A stretch of DNA of 40,484 bases from NCBI GenBank assembly GCA_044345405.1, contig JBIJBE010000035.1, forward strand, positions 1 through 40,484. Reading direction: 5' to 3'. Within the stretch, counting starts at the first letter, position 1. Each line of letters starts with the position of its first letter. Shown piece by piece: positions 37,960 through 40,484 of the stretch. Source of the stretch: Bdellovibrionota bacterium. Its GTDB lineage: Bacteria > Bdellovibrionota_C > UBA2361 > OMII01. Under the pieces are notes generated by a model, which saw only the letters and a program-made list of their open reading frames with translations, had not been told where the DNA came from and did not search any database. The translations under genes and the position numbers were made by a program.

Positions 37960-38174
37960 GGCGAAAAGTAGCCCAGGTACAGGGCGAAAAAAGTAGCCCA
38001 GGTACAGGGCGAAAAAGTAGCCCAGGTACAGGGCGAAAAAGTAGCCCAGGTACAGGGCGAAAAAAGTAGCCCAGGTACAGGGCGAAAAGTAGCCCAGGTA
38101 CAGGGCGAAAAAAGTAGCCCAGGTACAGGGCGAAAAAGTAGCCCAGGTACAGGGCGAAAAGGTACAGGGCGAAA
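37960..38174 (+). repeat. Tandem array: 8 copies of GTAGCCCAGGTACAGGGCG+A(4-6) plus a terminal half copy
   Basis: Cores start at 37968, 37993, 38017, 38041, 38066, 38089, 38114 and 38138. A-tracts are 6,5,5,6,4,6,5,4. The half unit GGTACAGGGCGAAA is at 38161-38174. Confidence 0.97.
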
Positions 38175-38314
38175 CCGCGCGCGGTCTCTGAGAGAAATAG
38201 TTAGGAAAGCTGCTAGCTGGAATCTTTCGTTTAATCCCGTTGTGGAACACCGATTTAGCTCAAGACAAAAGCGTTCGGAGCCGATCTATCCATGGGACTA
38301 CGAGAATTTAGGAT

Positions 38315-40150
38315 ATGATACGGCACGGGTTAGAGACCTCAAGGCGAGTCACTTGGTGTATCACCGATGCTTCGTATCGTGTCATCATCGTACTACTCTT
38401 AACGTTTTTCTATCAGAGCAGGATAGCTGTTGCGTCCAATTCCCCCGTGTTGAGCGCAGGAGGGAGCCATACGTGTGCTTTGACCTCCCTCAGCGGAGGA
38501 GGCGTCTATTGCTGGGGCTACAATGGCGAGGGGCAGCTCGGGAATGGGACAATTTCCCCAAGCTCCGTACCGGTTCCGGTTAGTGGCATATCCGAAGCCA
38601 CCGCGGTCGCCGCAGGCGGAGACCATTCGTGTGCTATCGTTGAGCCGCTTGGTGGGGTTAAGTGTTGGGGGGCCAATACCTTCGGACAGCTCGGTAACAA
38701 CTCAACCAGTAGTAGCGCAGTCCCTGTTGAGGTAGTTGATCAGTTTCTTCTCCCTTTGACCAGCGTGGTGGAAATTACTGCGGGAACTAGTCATACGTGC
38801 GCTCGATTTTCTACCGGGGGAGTCGTATGTTGGGGGTTGAATTCGTCGGGGCAGTTGGGGGATGGATCTACGACGGATCGACAGGTAGCCACAGCGGTTT
38901 TTGGTTTTGGGAGTGATGTTTCTCAAATTTCAGCTGGATACGCGCATACCTGCCTCGTTCAAACGTCAACGAGCAACGTTTGGTGCTTCGGGGAGAACAT
39001 GTACGGCGCGTTGGGTGACAACAACGCCCCCAATCCACAGTCCGTGCCGGTGGAGGTATTTGGAATCACCACGGCGGAGGCAGTGAGTTCAGGTGACCGT
39101 TTTACGTGTGCGCGGCTCAGTGACGGGGTGGTCGCATGTTGGGGGGCCAACAATTCGGGTAACCTCGGTAACGGCACAACAACCGATAGCTATGTTCCGG
39201 TTTTGGTGAGCGGGGCACCGTACAATGCCTCGATGATAGATACCGGCGGTTCAGGTATTTCTGAAAATTTTGCTTGCGCGGTCCTGGCATCTGGCGGGCA
39301 GGCCCAGTGCTGGGGGACCAGCACGGAAGGAGCTATCGGAAACGGCGTAACAAATCAGGAAACGACACCTGTGAACGTAACAGGGCTCACGTCGGTGGTG
39401 GCGATCACCTCTGGGTCGGCGCATGCCTGCGCATGGACAGGGACATGCTCGATCAAGTGTTGGGGATCTAACTCACTGGGGCAGCTTGGGAATGGCGATC
39501 GAACGAACCATTCTGTCCCTGTTGATGTTGAGTCTTTCAATTGTACCACGACAGATCCAACTCCAACACCGCCTCCGTCCACACCAACACCAGCTCCACC
39601 AACGCCCACACCAGCTCCAGCAACGCCCACACCAGCTCCCGCCGACACCCCACCGGACTCTCCTGGGCAGTCTACGCCTGACGCTTGTCGCTCCGAAAAG
39701 CGTTGCGTTCCGGATGCCTCCCTCACAACGCCTTTGGACCCCAGAGCTCCTCAATTTAATCCTCTCCCCATGCCGAAAGGTTCTAACGTGCCTCTGGCGG
39801 TCAATCCGGTGAAGATTGGAATACCGATCGATGAGACCCAGCGTCAAACGCTCAAGCGCCGATTAGAAAAGCTACTCGGCAAAAAAGTTACGGATCTGGC
39901 GGCAGCGGTTCGTTCGCTTCAGGTATTCTATGTTTTTACCGTTGTTCGCGCCAAGACAACCTCGATAGCAGCGGTAGACGCAACGGCTCTACCAACGAAG
40001 TATCGAGCGGAGACCCGCAGTCGTCGAGTCACAGCCCGTCTTGGCCCAGGTACCTACGTTGCGACGGTTTCTGTCAAAATTAAGACATCCAAGGGGAAGG
40101 TCGTCGCAAGCAGCAAGAAACCTACCTCTACCACGTTTGTGGTTAAATGA
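38315..40150 (+). CDS. Secreted RCC1/ATS1-repeat beta-propeller protein with a PT linker and basic C-terminal domain
   Basis: About 7 repeats of AG..HTCA....G.V.CWG.N..GQLG.G...S..PV.V; PTPTPPPSTPTPAP linker; N-terminal hydrophobic signal. Confidence 0.92.
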   Translation: MIRHGLETSRRVTWCITDASYRVIIVLLLTFFYQSRIAVASNSPVLSAGGSHTCALTSLSGGGVYCWGYNGEGQLGNGTISPSSVPVPVSGISEATAVAAGGDHSCAIVEPLGGVKCWGANTFGQLGNNSTSSSAVPVEVVDQFLLPLTSVVEITAGTSHTCARFSTGGVVCWGLNSSGQLGDGSTTDRQVATAVFGFGSDVSQISAGYAHTCLVQTSTSNVWCFGENMYGALGDNNAPNPQSVPVEVFGITTAEAVSSGDRFTCARLSDGVVACWGANNSGNLGNGTTTDSYVPVLVSGAPYNASMIDTGGSGISENFACAVLASGGQAQCWGTSTEGAIGNGVTNQETTPVNVTGLTSVVAITSGSAHACAWTGTCSIKCWGSNSLGQLGNGDRTNHSVPVDVESFNCTTTDPTPTPPPSTPTPAPPTPTPAPATPTPAPADTPPDSPGQSTPDACRSEKRCVPDASLTTPLDPRAPQFNPLPMPKGSNVPLAVNPVKIGIPIDETQRQTLKRRLEKLLGKKVTDLAAAVRSLQVFYVFTVVRAKTTSIAAVDATALPTKYRAETRSRRVTARLGPGTYVATVSVKIKTSKGKVVASSKKPTSTTFVVK

Positions 40151-40216
40151 GCGTTGGACACGCGGTGGAAGGGATGGGAGTGACCGACGGCGAGAGTTGA
40201 AGCTCGCCCCCGTCGG

Positions 40217-40242
40217 TATGACAACAACCTATGACAACAACC
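40217..40242 (+). repeat. 13-nt tandem direct repeat TATGACAACAACC x2, with an inverted TTGTCATA at 40377-40384
   Basis: Read directly from the sequence. Confidence 0.75.
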
Positions 40243-40456
40243 TTATGGTCGGTTTGACCTGCGGGGGAGTGCGTGCAGCAGCTCCCTCTGTTCAAGGCGG
40301 TCAAGGCCCTCCCTCTGGTGCAGCCCAACTACGCCCTAGAATTCGCAGACTAGTGCGTTACGGGATCATCACCGTCTTGTCATAAAAAAACACCCGCCTG
40401 GAAACGTCGATATCATCGACAACGGTATGGGGCTGGGACCGTAAAGGGTGAAAAGA

Positions 40457-40476
40457 TGGTAGTCCTTTGGGGATTT
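40457..40476 (-). other. tRNA 3'-end fragment, probable att site of an integrated element
   Basis: Minus strand AAAT-CCCCA-AAGGACT-A-CCA fits T-loop end + 5-nt T-stem + 7-nt acceptor strand + discriminator + CCA. The bases upstream (GTGTGTCT) are not the expected TGGGGTTC. Confidence 0.55.
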
Positions 40477-40484
40477 AGACACAC

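Larger units (their letters stand above)
36717..38174 (-). mobile_element. Candidate HUH element bounded by inverted, tandemly iterated termini
   Basis: The left and right motifs are inverted relative to each other and 18/21 identical; they enclose a single Y1 HUH gene. No target duplication seen. Confidence 0.7.

Noticed and set aside
37960-38174. CRISPR array
   Set aside because: Repeats are separated only by A4-6, there are no unique spacers, and no cas genes are present.
37912-38250. 112-aa ORF with FFALYLGY repeats
   Set aside because: It is a translation of the DNA array; the variable A-tracts shift the peptide register between units, so it is unlikely to be selected as protein.
39555-39645. 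21-nt tandem DNA repeats
   Set aside because: They simply encode the PTPAP linker of the RCC1 protein.

Overview
Bacterial chromosomal window. The protein set (short EF-Ts, alpha2 GlyRS, Cys-rich and RCC1 secreted proteins) suggests an uncultured Bdellovibrionota/delta-like lineage; this is inference only. The left third is a housekeeping block on the minus strand (rpsB-tsf-pyrH-frr-uppS-cdsA-dxr-rseP-tsaB, then rho), preceded by the 3' end of an IS91/ISCR-like element and a REP-like cluster. The middle holds mixed metabolic and hypothetical genes: a SAM halogenase/hydrolase-family protein, an Rsm22-like methyltransferase, a PIG-L deacetylase, a CYTH protein, class I fumarase, ubiE/menG, glyQS and a degenerate M23 protein. 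The right third has an ArsR-controlled persulfide-detoxification operon, a RAYT/TIRYT-like HUH (Y1) nuclease gene, an RCC1-repeat secreted protein and a probable tRNA-derived att site at the window edge. The most unusual structure is the HUH gene (36929-37915). It is bracketed by imperfect inverted 21-nt motifs (GTAGCCCAGG[G/T]ACAG[A/G]G[A/C]GAA), and both motifs are iterated outward as tandem arrays (8.5 copies upstream, about 3.5 sub-units downstream). Other points of interest: a 13-14 bp palindrome found three times in intergenic DNA, a half-barrel duplication in the CYTH protein, a Zn-less M23 domain and a fluorinase-like active-site variant. All calls come from reading the sequence; no searches were run.
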